Positions 1-11,415 of a DNA stretch of 62,971 nucleotides are shown here, piece by piece (position 1 is the first letter of the stretch; each line of letters opens with the position of its first letter). The position numbers and the translations under genes are program-made. Origin of the DNA: Alphaproteobacteria bacterium (GTDB taxonomy: Bacteria; Pseudomonadota; Alphaproteobacteria; RUG11792); the NCBI GenBank assembly GCA_017475965.1, contig JAFVEL010000019.1:1-62971 (forward strand), read 5' to 3'. The notes beneath the pieces were generated by a model that was given only the letters and a program-made list of their open reading frames with translations, did not search any database and was not told the DNA's origin.

Positions 1-2
1 GT

Positions 3-1808
3 GCTAAATCAGCTGGTAGAGTACAATCAGTAGCTCTCAGACTAATCGTTGAAAGAGAACTCGAAATACAATCATTCAAAGCTGAAGAATATTGGTCACT
101 AAGTAATACATTTACAAGTAATAATGGAGAATTTGTTAGTAATTTAACACATATAGATGGTAAAAAACTAGAAAAATTAGATATAAAAAATGAAAAGGAA
201 GCAGAAGATATTAGAAAAGATTTAAGTATTCAAGAATATATAATAGAAGATATAAGTAAGAAATCAGTATCTAAAAATTCTTATGCTCCATTTACTACAT
301 CTACACTTCAACAGGATGCTTCTCACAAATTGGGATTTAGTACTAAGTATACTATGCAATTAGCACAGAAATTATATGAAGGTGTAACTATAAATGGTGC
401 TATTACTGGTCTTATTACTTATATGAGAACTGATAGTACTAACTTGTCTGATGAGGCTATAGAATCAGCTAGAAAATACGTAAAGGATGCTTTAGGAGAT
501 GATTATTTACCATCTTCTCCTAAGATATATAAAACTAAAGCGAAGAATGCCCAAGAAGCACATGAAGCAATAAGACCAACATCATGTGCTAGAACACCAG
601 ATAGTATTAAAGACTCTTTACAAGTTGATGAATTTAAACTCTATGAATTAATATGGAAGAGAACCATAGCATCACAAATGGCCAATGCAAAACTAAACCA
701 AGTATCAATAAATATAAAATCCGTAAACGATAAATACCAATTAAAATCTACTGGTTCTACACTAGTATTTGATGGTTTTCTAAAAATATATGATGATTCA
801 AGTAATGATAAGTTGAACGTAGAAAAATTACCACTATTGAAGAAATCAGATATTATAGAATTAACAGAATCAAATAAAGCACAACATTTTACTCAACCTC
901 CAGCTAGATTTACTGAAGCAGGATTAGTAAAAAAATTAGAAGAACTTGGTATAGGAAGACCATCTACATATGCTACTATTATTAATGTAATACAAGAAAG
1001 AAGATACGCAAAATTACAGAAGAAAACCTTTATACCTGAAAATATAGGTATATTTACTGTATCATTTCTTAAGAATTTCTTCGCACGATATGTAGAATAT
1101 AAATTTACAGCATCTATGGAGGAAGAATTGGATGATATTTCTAATGGTAAAATCGATTGGGAAACAGTTTTGAATAATTTTTGGGAAAAATTTAATAAAA
1201 ACATACTAAGTATGACTGATATTTCAGTAGCTAACGTTATAGACAAATTGGAAGAAGACATTCATGATTATATATTCAAAAGTATAGGAGATAATAAGAA
1301 ATGTCCAAATTGTCCTGACGGTATAATTGGATTAAAACTAAGTAAATATGGTGCATTTTTAGGATGTTCTAATTATCCAGATTGTAAAGTAATAATACAA
1401 ATAGGAGATAATAATAGTATAAACTCTTTGCCAACTAGCAATGAAAATAAAGTAGTAGCCTATGATACTAAAAATAAAGATAATATTTTATTGAAAAGTG
1501 GTAGATATGGTACTTACTTGGAATGGGAAAACACAATCGATGAAGAAAAGAAAAAGCCCAAAAGATTGTCTATACCAAAGTTTATTACTGATCCAGATGA
1601 ATTAACGAAAGATGATATATTAACATTACTTAATTTACCTAGAATATTAGGCAAAAATCCTGATGATGATAATAACGTAATATTATATTTGGGAAGATTT
1701 GGTCCATATTTATCATGTGGTAATAAGACATTTAGATTGGATAAAAGTATAGAATTTTTAAGAATAAATATTGATAAAGCATTAAGTATTATAAAATCAC
1801 AACTATAA
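3..1808 (+). CDS. topA: DNA topoisomerase I, 5' end cut by window edge
   Basis: The frame is open from base 3. The translation starts AKSAGRVQSVALRLIVERELEIQSF and continues with ITYMRTDSTNLS (active-site Tyr region). The C terminus carries Zn-ribbon-like CPNCPDG...CSNYPDC. Confidence 0.95.
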   Translation, partial: AKSAGRVQSVALRLIVERELEIQSFKAEEYWSLSNTFTSNNGEFVSNLTHIDGKKLEKLDIKNEKEAEDIRKDLSIQEYIIEDISKKSVSKNSYAPFTTSTLQQDASHKLGFSTKYTMQLAQKLYEGVTINGAITGLITYMRTDSTNLSDEAIESARKYVKDALGDDYLPSSPKIYKTKAKNAQEAHEAIRPTSCARTPDSIKDSLQVDEFKLYELIWKRTIASQMANAKLNQVSINIKSVNDKYQLKSTGSTLVFDGFLKIYDDSSNDKLNVEKLPLLKKSDIIELTESNKAQHFTQPPARFTEAGLVKKLEELGIGRPSTYATIINVIQERRYAKLQKKTFIPENIGIFTVSFLKNFFARYVEYKFTASMEEELDDISNGKIDWETVLNNFWEKFNKNILSMTDISVANVIDKLEEDIHDYIFKSIGDNKKCPNCPDGIIGLKLSKYGAFLGCSNYPDCKVIIQIGDNNSINSLPTSNENKVVAYDTKNKDNILLKSGRYGTYLEWENTIDEEKKKPKRLSIPKFITDPDELTKDDILTLLNLPRILGKNPDDDNNVILYLGRFGPYLSCGNKTFRLDKSIEFLRINIDKALSIIKSQL

Positions 1809-1893
1809 TTAATACAATTTTAATAATATTGATAATAAATACAATGTGATATATAATCAATAATATCTAGATGTAACTTATACTTAGAATGGA

Positions 1894-2847
1894 ATGGCCT
1901 ATTTCCGACGCAACAGAGATAACAGTGAATTAAATATATGGCCAGGTTTTGTGGATGCTTTATCAACTGTAGTATTAGTATTTACTTTTGTTATAGTTGG
2001 TTTTTTAGCATCCCAAATATATTTATCAAAAATGATAATGGATAAGAAATCATCAATGGATAATCTCCAATCTCAATTAAGAGAAGTTTGTTCACTATTT
2101 GATTCAGAAAAGAATAAAAACAAAGAATTAAATAGTATTAATGTTGATTTAAGAAAACAAATAGATGAATTAAACAAAGTAATAGAACAATTAAATAGTA
2201 TGTTCAGTCAAGAAACTGAAATAGCAAATCAAGAGAAATCATCATTGCGAGATAAAATAGATAAACTTAATGCTCAATTAAAAGAAGTATTAGAAGCATT
2301 AGCAGCTGAACATATGAATTCTGAAAAGAATCTAAAGGCATTAGCAGCAATAAAAGATGAGAATATCAAATTAAATAAATTAGCGAGATTCAATGCATAT
2401 AGATCAGAATTCTTTGAAAAACTAGAACAAATAGTGAAAGATAAAGAAGGTATTAAAATAGTTGGTGATAGATTTGTTTTCCAATCAGAATTATTCTTTG
2501 ATACTGGTTCTGATATTTTAAGTAAAGAAGGAAAAGCACAAGTATCTGAGCTTGCTAAGATTATTCTTGACATAGGAGAAAAAATTCCATCGAATATAAG
2601 ATGGATTCTAAGAGTTGATGGTCATACTGATTCTAAGAAAATAAGTGGAAATGGAAGATTTGCTTCTAATTGGGAGTTATCTGCTGCCAGAGCTATATCA
2701 GTTGTAAAACACTTGGTAAAGGAAGGAGTTAGTCCAAATCACCTAGTAGCAGCTGGATTTGGAGAATTCCAACCTATAGCTACTGGTAGCTCTGAAGAAG
2801 ATTTAGCTCGTAATAGACGTATAGAATTTAAATTAGATGAAAGGTAA
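1894..2847 (+). CDS. OmpA/MotB-family peptidoglycan-binding membrane protein with long coiled coil
   Basis: The N terminus has a MotB-type TM region (IWPGFVDALSTVVLVFTFVIV). The central part is heptad-rich. The C-terminal OmpA-like domain reads RVDGHTDS...NWELSAARAISVVKHL...GFGEFQP...NRRIEFKL. No motA or flagellar genes lie nearby. Confidence 0.8.
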   Translation: MAYFRRNRDNSELNIWPGFVDALSTVVLVFTFVIVGFLASQIYLSKMIMDKKSSMDNLQSQLREVCSLFDSEKNKNKELNSINVDLRKQIDELNKVIEQLNSMFSQETEIANQEKSSLRDKIDKLNAQLKEVLEALAAEHMNSEKNLKALAAIKDENIKLNKLARFNAYRSEFFEKLEQIVKDKEGIKIVGDRFVFQSELFFDTGSDILSKEGKAQVSELAKIILDIGEKIPSNIRWILRVDGHTDSKKISGNGRFASNWELSAARAISVVKHLVKEGVSPNHLVAAGFGEFQPIATGSSEEDLARNRRIEFKLDER

Positions 2848-2850
2848 AGA

Positions 2851-3444
2851 ATGAATAATTTGTTTATTATATCAGGACCATCTGGAGTTGGTAAATCTAC
2901 TTTAATAGATCATGTTCTGAGAAGTATTCCACAAGCGAAACTTAGTATATCATGTACAACTAGGTCTCCTAGGTACTATGAACATGATGGCAAAGAGTAT
3001 TATTTCATAATGGAACATAAGTTTCGGGAAATGATACAGAATGGAGAATTTCTTGAGTATACTTACTGCTTTGGTAACTATTACGGTACTCCAAAAAGTG
3101 AAATAGAGAATATTATGAAGAATAATGGAATATGTATTCTTGATATAGAATTTGCTGGAGCTGAGAATGTATTAAACAAGTATAAAAATAGCAAAGATAT
3201 AAAATGTACTAGTATATTAATTCTTCCTCCTTCAATTTTGGAATTAAAACAGAGATTAATAGCGAGAGGTGCTGATAGTGAAGAATCAATAAATTGTAGA
3301 TTATCCGAATTTAATACTGAAGAATTAGCTTACTATGAACAAATTTATGATTATATAATAACAAATAATAATCTCAAACAATCTAAAGAAGTAATATTAA
3401 ATATATTTAATAATGCTTTAAATAGCGAGAAGTATAATATATAA
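2851..3444 (+). CDS. gmk: guanylate kinase
   Basis: P-loop GPSGVGKSTL, CTTRSPR..E.DGKEYYF, and YGTPK. Confidence 0.93.
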   Translation: MNNLFIISGPSGVGKSTLIDHVLRSIPQAKLSISCTTRSPRYYEHDGKEYYFIMEHKFREMIQNGEFLEYTYCFGNYYGTPKSEIENIMKNNGICILDIEFAGAENVLNKYKNSKDIKCTSILILPPSILELKQRLIARGADSEESINCRLSEFNTEELAYYEQIYDYIITNNNLKQSKEVILNIFNNALNSEKYNI

Positions 3445-3868
3445 TATTAATTTAATATGTACTTATATATTATGAGGTAATAATTTATAGTTGCAGTAAT
3501 ATAAGTGCATTTTTATATATTTATTGTTTTTGCTCTTTAGCTTTCAATAAAATTTTATTGTAGTAACTATATAATAGAATATATAAATAATACATCTCAT
3601 TATAACACATAATATACATTCACAAACTTGTATTACAAAAATATGGATGACACAATATTACAACTTAATGGGAATGATATTTGTTTTTTGCTATGTGTTT
3701 TCCCATAATTGAACTATAAATACCATTGTGAGTGAGAACTATCTCCATCTCTGTTCAATTAATTCATCAGGTATTTTGTTGTCCAAAATTTTCTTTACTT
3801 CATCTGATATTGTTATGTATGATATATAAGAATTTCAAGTAAATATTGTTTCTCCATTTAAATATAAT

Positions 3869-4460
3869 TTAAGTATCGCACAGGCGCATGTCATTAAAAA
3901 ATAACCGCATATTAAAGCATGTTTTCTTTTTTGCAGTAATCCTGGATATAATTTCTTGACGCAATAATTTGGATAGTTCATCCTGTGTTTTTCCTGATGA
4001 AGATTCAGAATTATATCTATTTACTAAATTTTCTATTTTATTTATGATTGCAGTTTTCTCTAGATGTGTTTTGTTATCAAGTCCTGCTTTAATATATTTC
4101 ATATATTTATACTTACTTTTCTCTATATCATAATTATGAATATTTTTACATTCATTCAAAAAACCTTTTAAATGGTTTTTATATTTAATAAACTCATTAT
4201 ATTCTTGTATGAATTCAATTATGATTTGTGGATCGAGTAATAAAAACAATCACTCCAATTAAAACCATCCAGATCTGGATATATTTTGCAAACTATTTTC
4301 TTTGCTAGTAAATCTTCAGATTCTAGTAATTCTCTTTCACTAGTAGTTTATAGTGTTATTTAATGATGTGTTAGATTGCATTGCAACCACAATCGGTTGC
4401 TGTAACATATCCCACAACTACAATTAATGAGGATAATAAAATTTTTAGTTTATTATTCAT
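3869..4460 (-). pseudogene. decayed gene for a secreted orphan protein
   Basis: The ATG at 4460 opens a signal peptide (MNNKLKILLSSLIVVVGYVTATDCGCNAI) that hits a stop. Reading continues in two other frames (SERELLESEDLLAKKIVCKIYPDLDGFNWSDCFYY) before the 126-aa ORF 3869..4249, which has only a TTG start. Confidence 0.45.
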
Positions 4461-5033
4461 AATAAACATTTCTAAAAATTGCCTCGTATTATTATACTAC
4501 CGTATTATTATTAAATAATAGTTAACTCAAAAAAAAAATAAAAACAAGTCAAGTATAGTAGAATATTAAGTAGGATTTCGTATGCGTTTATACTGCTATT
4601 AATTTGGGATATAGTGTAGAATGTACTAATGGGTAATAATGTTAAAAAAGATATTAAACAACACAAACAATATAAAACATTTAGATTGTTTTTTACAATA
4701 TTGTTTATTATTTTCCAATAAATAAAAATAAATATTATTATTTGTATAATATATTGTAAACAAGTGATACAAAAAATATATTAAATTAATTTACATAACA
4801 TTAAATAAGTAATAAATATACAGTAGCATCCTAGGAATTAGTATACTCCACCACTACATAAAAAAGTATATATTACTTTCCAATTACTGATTGCCATATG
4901 ACAGTATAAGAGGTTTCTAAATTTGATTCATAAATTATGAATAAAACATTATATATTTAACAAATTTTGATTTTGTCATCTAATGTTGAATATTAAATAT
5001 TATGTGTACTAATACTGCACACCCTAATATACA

Positions 5034-5486
5034 CTACTTATCATATTTATGTAAATACTTTCCAATACCACCGAACAGTTCTTTTCTAACTCCCTTGGTA
5101 TTACCACCTGATTTAGAACTATCAGATATCATGTGTACTGGTACTTCAATATTACTTAATTTTACTGACTTAACAACATTCTTTTTATCAAAAGTTACAA
5201 TCCATAATTGTTTATTTTGTAGTGTTGGGTTGAGAAATCCAGATTTAGTTAAATTTTTTGCAGAATAATACCAACAATAATCACCATTAGAATGTACTAC
5301 AGATGATCTAACAGTTGGAGAACCAAACCTATCAAACACATCTTGTATTGTGTCCTTACCTGGCACTATTGATTTGAAATCAGCAGTAGCCACATCATAT
5401 CCCCTATTTATTACAGTGTTATTACAACCAGATAAACAACAAACGAAAACAAGCAATACGATGTAACTATAATTTTTATTTATCAT
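5034..5486 (-). CDS. bamE: outer membrane protein assembly factor BamE (SmpA/OmlA lipoprotein)
   Basis: Lipobox VCCLSGC. SmpA/OmlA-like core PGKDTIQDVFDRFGSPT...WYY. It starts 6 nt downstream of rplQ on the same strand. Confidence 0.7.
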   Translation of the reverse strand: MINKNYSYIVLLVFVCCLSGCNNTVINRGYDVATADFKSIVPGKDTIQDVFDRFGSPTVRSSVVHSNGDYCWYYSAKNLTKSGFLNPTLQNKQLWIVTFDKKNVVKSVKLSNIEVPVHMISDSSKSGGNTKGVRKELFGGIGKYLHKYDK

Positions 5487-5492
5487 GCTATT

Positions 5493-5891
5493 TTATTTTT
5501 CTTCTATAGCCTTACTGTCATTATTAATATTACTATGATTAACGAATTCTATAATAGCCATTGGTGCAGCATCTCCATACCTAAAGCCAGCTTTCAGTAT
5601 ACGTGTGTACCCACCTGGTCTATTCATAAATCTAGGTGCTATTTCTTTACATAACTTCTTGGACATAGCTTTATTATTATGCAATCTAGATAATAACAAT
5701 CTCCTGGCATGTAAAGTATCAGCTCTAGCTAATGTAACCAATTTTTCAATTATTGGTCTTAATTCCTTAGCTTTGGGCAATGTAGTTTTTATTCTTTCAT
5801 GTTCAACTAGTGAACATGCCATTGATCTAAACATAGATTTTCTATGTTCAACTGTTCTATTTAGTCTTCTTTTCGAAAAACCGTGTCTCAT
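5493..5891 (-). CDS. rplQ: 50S ribosomal protein L17
   Basis: [24 protein letters not shown] is an N terminus typical of bL17. It is the last gene of the alpha operon. Confidence 0.97.
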   Translation of the reverse strand: MRHGFSKRRLNRTVEHRKSMFRSMACSLVEHERIKTTLPKAKELRPIIEKLVTLARADTLHARRLLLSRLHNNKAMSKKLCKEIAPRFMNRPGGYTRILKAGFRYGDAAPMAIIEFVNHSNINNDSKAIEEK

Positions 5892-5913
5892 AATTATACT
5901 CCTAAATTATTAA

Positions 5914-6906
5914 TTATTTCTCTTGTATTTGCTCTGGATTCCAATCATTTATTTCCATACCAAATGATAATCCCATAGATGTTAATACTGCTTTTATTTC
6001 ATCTAGTGATTTCTTACCAAAGTTAGGTGTCTTTAGCATATCAGATTCAGATTTCTGTACTAATTCTCCAATGTATCTCAAACCTTCACTCTTTAAACAA
6101 TTAGCTGACCTAACTGATAATTCAAGATCATCTATTTTCATACTGAAATATTTACTTATAATTGAATCTTGTTCGGAACTATCAGTATCGTCTGAAGAAT
6201 TAGACTCCCTGGCATCTTTTTTAACAAACAAATTAGCATGATTTCTTAGTATTAATCCAGCTTCCGATAATGCATCTTCTGGCGATATAGAACCATCAGT
6301 ACGAATAGTTAATAATAACTTATCGTAATCTGTTTTTTGTCCAACACGTGTAGGTTCTACTCTGAAATTAACTAACTGTATTGGACTATACAGAGCATCA
6401 ATTGATATTACTCCAATTGGTCTATTACTCTCCAATTGAGTTAATGCTTGCACATATCCCTTTCCTTGTTCTATGGTTAAATCAGCATTCAATGAGGCCC
6501 CAGCATCTACTGTGCATATCAAATGATTAGGATCTAATATTTCAACATCAGATGATACTTCAATATTTCTAGCTTGAACAATAGCAGGTCCCTTCACAAT
6601 TATTTTAGCTTTCTTAGGCTGAGAAGAATGCGATTTCACTCTGCAAGATTTTAAGTTTAAGATTATGTCTGATACATCCTCCTTAATACCAGGAATAGTA
6701 GAAAACTCATGCATTACTCCATCGATTTTTATTGATGTTATTGCACTTCCTTGTATTGAAGACAGTAATATCCTACGCAAAGAATTGCCAAGAGTAGTCC
6801 CAAAACCACGTTCTAGAGGAGCAATTGAAAAAGTTGCTTCTCTCAATTGTGGATCAGAATACTGCGAATCTATTGCTTCAGGCATTATAAAATTTTTCCA
6901 AGTCAC
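5914..6906 (-). CDS. rpoA: DNA-directed RNA polymerase subunit alpha
   Basis: [20 protein letters not shown] in the N-terminal domain. The C-terminal domain reads [23 protein letters not shown]. Confidence 0.98.
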   Translation of the reverse strand: MTWKNFIMPEAIDSQYSDPQLREATFSIAPLERGFGTTLGNSLRRILLSSIQGSAITSIKIDGVMHEFSTIPGIKEDVSDIILNLKSCRVKSHSSQPKKAKIIVKGPAIVQARNIEVSSDVEILDPNHLICTVDAGASLNADLTIEQGKGYVQALTQLESNRPIGVISIDALYSPIQLVNFRVEPTRVGQKTDYDKLLLTIRTDGSISPEDALSEAGLILRNHANLFVKKDARESNSSDDTDSSEQDSIISKYFSMKIDDLELSVRSANCLKSEGLRYIGELVQKSESDMLKTPNFGKKSLDEIKAVLTSMGLSFGMEINDWNPEQIQEK

Positions 6907-6921
6907 TTGCTATTTTCCTCA

Positions 6922-7314
6922 TTAATTACGACGAGCTTTTGGTGGTCTACATCCATTGTGTGGTAATGGTGTCTCATCGCTTATAGATGTAACTACTAAG
7001 TCAAGTTTTTGTAAAGCCCTTATGGCAGTTTCACGTCCAGCTCCAGGACCTTTAACTATGACCTTTACTTTCTTTACTCCATGTTCAACAGCTTTAGCAG
7101 CAGCATTTTCTGCAGCCAACTGAGCAGCATATGGAGTAGATTTCCTTGAACCCTTACATCCAACTAGTCCGCCAGAACCGAAAGCCAAAGTATTGCCAGC
7201 TTCGTCAGTAATTGTAACTATAGTATTATTGAATGTAGCATTGATATGCACAACTGCATTTACTACATTCTTCTTATCTCTTTTTTTTACTTTTCCTGTA
7301 GATACTTGTACCAT
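6922..7314 (-). CDS. rpsK: 30S ribosomal protein S11
   Basis: [19 protein letters not shown] and [14 protein letters not shown]. Confidence 0.98.
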   Translation of the reverse strand: MVQVSTGKVKKRDKKNVVNAVVHINATFNNTIVTITDEAGNTLAFGSGGLVGCKGSRKSTPYAAQLAAENAAAKAVEHGVKKVKVIVKGPGAGRETAIRALQKLDLVVTSISDETPLPHNGCRPPKARRN

Positions 7315-7328
7315 ATAAAATCCTCTCC

Positions 7329-7712
7329 TTACTTCTTCATGGTAGCTATTTTCTTACCAGCAATAGGAATAGCTTTACCTTTTCTAGTTCTAGCATTAGT
7401 ATGAGTTCTCTGCCCTCTTACAGGTAATTTCTTACGATGTCTAAGTCCTCTATAACATCCCAAGTCAGTAACTCTTTTTATATTCATAGCTACTTCACGT
7501 CTCAAATTACCTTCAACAACATACTTAGCATCTATAACTTCTCTTATTGCTGTCACTTCTTCAGTTGTTAATTCAAAAATTTTTTTATTTTCTGGAATTT
7601 TAGCTTCTTCAACAATACATTTTGCTAAGCAGCGTCCTATTCCATAAATATATGTTAATCCGATCTCAACTTTCTTATTAGAAGGAAGATCGATACCAGC
7701 TATACGTGCCAC
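7329..7712 (-). CDS. rpsM: 30S ribosomal protein S13
   Basis: [10 protein letters not shown]...GLTYIYGIG...[23 protein letters not shown]. Confidence 0.98.
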   Translation of the reverse strand: MARIAGIDLPSNKKVEIGLTYIYGIGRCLAKCIVEEAKIPENKKIFELTTEEVTAIREVIDAKYVVEGNLRREVAMNIKRVTDLGCYRGLRHRKKLPVRGQRTHTNARTRKGKAIPIAGKKIATMKK

Positions 7713-8425
7713 TATTTACACTCCTTATTTAAAATTTCTAAAACGCAATTTTTTACATGTTCAAATTCATCATCGGCATTTACATTATACAATGTATTCG
7801 ATTTTTTATAAAAATCTATAAGTGGATATGTATTTTTATAATATTCTGTTATACGAACTTTTAATGATTCTTCATTATCATCCATTCTTCTATCAAAAAC
7901 TTTTCCACCACAAACATCACAAACACCTGAAACTTTAGTTGGTAAAAAGTAATCATTGTATATTCTACCACAATTCGAGCATTTATATCTACCTAATATT
8001 CTCTTAAATAAAACATCTTCTTTTATTTCAAAGTTAATTACGTAGTTTATAGAATTATTGAATCCTTTTGCTAATTCATCTAATGCTTCAGCTTGTTTAA
8101 TTGTTCTTGGAAATCCATCAAATATTATGTTTTGATCACTAATATTTCCAATAATGGAATTCATTTTTTCCAGTTCAAGTTTTACTACTCCTATTACAAC
8201 CTCATTTGGAAGTAATAAACCAGCTCCTATTAATTCTCCAATAGTTTTTATTTGTCCAGGAACAATAGTATCTTTATTATGCCTAAGTATTTCACCAACT
8301 GAAACTACTTTAAAATTAAAGTCAGAAGCAATTAAATACTCAGATTGAGTTCCCTTACCACAACCTGGTGCTCCTAATAATACAACCCATTTACCTCTAT
8401 TTTTATTTTCTTTTACTGCTTTCAT
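7712..8425 (-). CDS. adk: adenylate kinase (long, Cys4 lid type)
   Basis: P-loop [12 protein letters not shown]. Lid CSNCGRIYN...CDVCGG. It lies between secY and rpsM, as in many alphaproteobacteria. Confidence 0.95.
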   Translation of the reverse strand: MKAVKENKNRGKWVVLLGAPGCGKGTQSEYLIASDFNFKVVSVGEILRHNKDTIVPGQIKTIGELIGAGLLLPNEVVIGVVKLELEKMNSIIGNISDQNIIFDGFPRTIKQAEALDELAKGFNNSINYVINFEIKEDVLFKRILGRYKCSNCGRIYNDYFLPTKVSGVCDVCGGKVFDRRMDDNEESLKVRITEYYKNTYPLIDFYKKSNTLYNVNADDEFEHVKNCVLEILNKECK

Positions 8426-9771
8426 TTTGTTATCAATCCTTTCATACGATTCTTTTTAAATAACTTATCATACTCTTGAGCCATCATATGAGATTGGAAC
8501 TGACTCATAGTATCTATTGAAACGTTTACAACAATTAACAAACTAGTTCCACCAAAATAAAATGGTAAAGAAACCTGTGATAAAAGTATTTCTGGAATTA
8601 AACAAATACAACACAAATAAATTGCTCCTATTAATGTTAATCTTTCCAAAATAGTTTCTATATAATCAGCAGTTGCTGCCCCTGGTCTTATTCCAGGTAT
8701 GTAACTTCCACCTTTTTTTAAATTATCAGCAGTTTCCTTTGGATTAAACATAAGAGCAGTATAAAAGAAAGCGAAGAAAATTATGGCAGCTGAAAATAAA
8801 ACCATATATAAAGGTTGACCATGACTAATAACTCTCGAAATTTTACCGAATATTGAATTTGGATCGACATTACCAAATCCAGCTATTGTCATAGGTAACA
8901 ATAAAACAGACGAAGCAAATATTGGTGGAATAACACCAGCACTGTTTAATTTCAATGGTAAATAGGAACTTTTTCCTTGAGCTGGCATATTTATTGATAC
9001 TTGTCTCTTAGGATACTGTATTGGTATTCTTCTATTTGCTTTTTCCATAAATACTATAAACAATATTATACCTATAACCATTATTAATAGGAATAACATT
9101 GCCATTACTGATATTGCACCTTGCTTTCCCATAGCAAATGTGTTGAACAACGCTGCGGGCAAGTTAGCAATAATACCAGCATATATTATTATTGATGAAC
9201 CATTTCCTAATCCCCTAGATGATATCTGTTCACCCAGCCACATTATGAATAATGTACCTCCAGTTAATGATGTCATCGTAGTAAATCTAAATAGAAAACC
9301 AGGATCTAACACAGCACTTCCAGACTGTCCTACCATACGTTCTAGCCCTATAGCGATACCATATCCTTGTGCTAATGCCAATCCTACTGCTCCATATCTA
9401 GTGTATTGGTTTATTTTCCTTCTACCTGATTCTCCTTCTTTCTTAAGAGCCTCTAGTTGTGGAGACATTGATGTTAATAATTGAACTATAATGCTTGATG
9501 AAATGTATGGCATAATGTTCAATGAAAACACAGTCATACGTCCCATAGCACCACCAGAAAACATATCTAGTATTCCAAATAATCCACTCGCATGATTTCG
9601 AGTAAATTCAGCAATTACTGCAGGATTAATATTAGGCAAAGGAATGAAAGTACCCAACCTATATACTACAAGAACACCAAGGGTAAACCAAATACGTTTC
9701 TTTAAGTCCTTTGATTTTTTTAATGATGAAAAACTAAAATTCTTTGCTAAATATTCTACCGCAGAAGCCAT
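8422..9771 (-). CDS. secY: preprotein translocase subunit SecY
   Basis: 449-aa polytopic protein with LGIMPYI-like NIMPYISSSIIVQLL and GNGSSIIIYAGI. Confidence 0.97.
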   Translation of the reverse strand: MASAVEYLAKNFSFSSLKKSKDLKKRIWFTLGVLVVYRLGTFIPLPNINPAVIAEFTRNHASGLFGILDMFSGGAMGRMTVFSLNIMPYISSSIIVQLLTSMSPQLEALKKEGESGRRKINQYTRYGAVGLALAQGYGIAIGLERMVGQSGSAVLDPGFLFRFTTMTSLTGGTLFIMWLGEQISSRGLGNGSSIIIYAGIIANLPAALFNTFAMGKQGAISVMAMLFLLIMVIGIILFIVFMEKANRRIPIQYPKRQVSINMPAQGKSSYLPLKLNSAGVIPPIFASSVLLLPMTIAGFGNVDPNSIFGKISRVISHGQPLYMVLFSAAIIFFAFFYTALMFNPKETADNLKKGGSYIPGIRPGAATADYIETILERLTLIGAIYLCCICLIPEILLSQVSLPFYFGGTSLLIVVNVSIDTMSQFQSHMMAQEYDKLFKKNRMKGLITK

Positions 9772-9782
9772 TATTTACTCCC

Positions 9783-10289
9783 CTATTCTTTTGTCTCTGA
9801 TGTAACTTCACAAGCAGTTGCTCTACATTCCTTTAATGTACTGCCTGATGCTTTTAATATTTCCTTAGCCTTATTAGTGGCTTTGCAAACACAAACATTA
9901 ATAGATTGCTCTAAAGTACCATTAGCAATTAAGTTTATATGTTTTATATATTTAGGCACATATCCTATTTTTACTAATAATTCTTTATTTATAGTTTTAT
10001 CTTCTGGAAGTAAACCATTTTTTATTATTCTATTAATTTTGTTAAAATCTAACTCATATGTTCTATTAAGATGAGCATGATTAAATCCACGCTTTGGCAT
10101 TCTTCTGTAGATTGGAGTTTGACCTCCTTCAAATCCACCTATACTAACACCAGAACGAGCAGTTTGACCTTTACCACCTCTGCCAGATGTTTTTCCTTTT
10201 CCAGAACCAATACCACGTCCAACAGTTTTACGGCAATGTCTTGCACCTTTTCTATCTCTTATTTTATTTAAAAATAATTCACTACTCAT
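9783..10289 (-). CDS. rplO: 50S ribosomal protein L15
   Basis: GRGIGSGKGKTSGRGGKGQ. I prefer the ATG at 10289, which is preceded by GGAG. The ORF track extends to a GTG at 10304 that overlaps the rpmD stop. Confidence 0.95.
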   Translation of the reverse strand: MSSELFLNKIRDRKGARHCRKTVGRGIGSGKGKTSGRGGKGQTARSGVSIGGFEGGQTPIYRRMPKRGFNHAHLNRTYELDFNKINRIIKNGLLPEDKTINKELLVKIGYVPKYIKHINLIANGTLEQSINVCVCKATNKAKEILKASGSTLKECRATACEVTSETKE

Positions 10290-10303
10290 ATTGCTATTCT
10301 CCA

Positions 10304-10486
10304 CTATATAATCTTAACCATATGTTGGACTTTCTTTATTAGCTCAAGTACTGTATTATTAGCAACAAGTTCTCTTTCAGAACCTATCCTTCTTAATCCT
10401 AAAGATTTCAAATACATTGCTTGCTTCTTATTACGTCTTATTGGACTTCCAACCTGACGTATCTTTATAGTTTTCAATTCTGTCAT
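10304..10486 (-). CDS. rpmD: 50S ribosomal protein L30
   Basis: IKIRQVGSPIRRNKKQAMYLKSLGLRRIG. Confidence 0.95.
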   Translation of the reverse strand: MTELKTIKIRQVGSPIRRNKKQAMYLKSLGLRRIGSERELVANNTVLELIKKVQHMVKII

Positions 10487-11040
10487 TTCGATTCTCCTGT
10501 ATTGCCTTTACCAGCATATCTTCTTTCAACTATATCATTAAACTTTTTACCTAGTTTAGCTGCTATGTGTTTCGGAGATACAGTCATTTTTAATGCTTCA
10601 AAGGTAGCTCTAACAACATTATGGTATGTTCTGGAACCAACTGATTTACTAACTATATCTTTTACTCCAAGAGCATCAAATATTGACCTCATAGGACCAC
10701 CTGCTATTACACCAGTACCGGCTCCAGCTGTTCTCAAGAACACATGTCCAGCACCAATTTTAGCATTTACATCGCATCTTATAGTTCTGCCATCCATAAG
10801 AGAAACTCTCATCATTGATCTTTTTGCTTTTTCACTTGCTTTTTTGACAGCATCTGGAACTTCTCTTGCTTTAGCAGAAGCATATCCTACACGACCTTTA
10901 CCATCACCCACTACAACTAATGCTGAAAAACGCATATTCTTACCGCCTTTTACAACCTTAGTTACTCGTCGAACACTAATTAATTTTTCAATTAACTGTT
11001 CTTGTACTTCCTTTTTATTATCAACAATTTCTTTTGCCAT
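10483..11040 (-). CDS. rpsE: 30S ribosomal protein S5
   Basis: VRRVTKVVKGGKNMRFSALVVVGDGKGRVG. Confidence 0.98.
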   Translation of the reverse strand: MAKEIVDNKKEVQEQLIEKLISVRRVTKVVKGGKNMRFSALVVVGDGKGRVGYASAKAREVPDAVKKASEKAKRSMMRVSLMDGRTIRCDVNAKIGAGHVFLRTAGAGTGVIAGGPMRSIFDALGVKDIVSKSVGSRTYHNVVRATFEALKMTVSPKHIAAKLGKKFNDIVERRYAGKGNTGESK

Positions 11041-11051
11041 TTTAATACCTA

Positions 11052-11414
11052 TTAAAATCTAAGACCATTTTCACGTGCACTATCAGCTAATGCCTTAACT
11101 CTTCCATGGTATAGAAATCCTGATCTATCAAATACAACTTCTTCAATATTCTTTTCTTTAGCCTTAGTCGCAACTAATTTACCTACTAAAACAGCAGCTT
11201 CCTTATTACCACCATTCTTTATACTACCTTTTATATCTTTAGATAAAGTTGAAGCTGCAACTATGGTATTAAGACTATCCTTATCAAGTATTTGAGCATA
11301 CATATTATTGTTAGTCCTATGTACAACTAAGCGGTATTTACCTTTAGATACTTGGGAAATTTTAAAACGTTGCCTTAACTTACGTTTTTCTCTAGCATTA
11401 CTATACTTTTTCAT
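11052..11414 (-). CDS. rplR: 50S ribosomal protein L18
   Basis: RLVVHRTNNNMYAQILD and FDRSGFLYHGRVKALADSARENGL. The ATG at 11414 sits 1 nt after the rplF stop. The longer ORF to 11453 would overlap rplF. Confidence 0.95.
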   Translation of the reverse strand: MKKYSNAREKRKLRQRFKISQVSKGKYRLVVHRTNNNMYAQILDKDSLNTIVAASTLSKDIKGSIKNGGNKEAAVLVGKLVATKAKEKNIEEVVFDRSGFLYHGRVKALADSARENGLRF

Positions 11415-11415
11415 A

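Noticed and set aside
1894-2847. MotB call implying a flagellar stator.
   Set aside because: There are no motA or flagellar genes nearby, and a 130-residue coiled coil separates the TM segment from the OmpA domain. It is safer to call it a generic OmpA/MotB-family peptidoglycan anchor.
9783-10304. C-terminal extension of L15 (about 14 aa, CRATACEVTSETKE) as something functional.
   Set aside because: Ribosomal protein termini vary in length among lineages. Without an alignment this is not distinguishable from ordinary drift.
10421-11062. 213-aa plus-strand ORF, and many similar ones (for example 9140..9484, 16375..16782, 19757..20206, 20984..21400, 36940..37413, 45557..45949, 39166..39603 and 54769..56697).
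   Set aside because: All lie antisense to, and fully inside, strongly conserved or long coding genes. Their translations are hydrophobic or low-complexity mirror-frame artefacts with no motifs or RBS.
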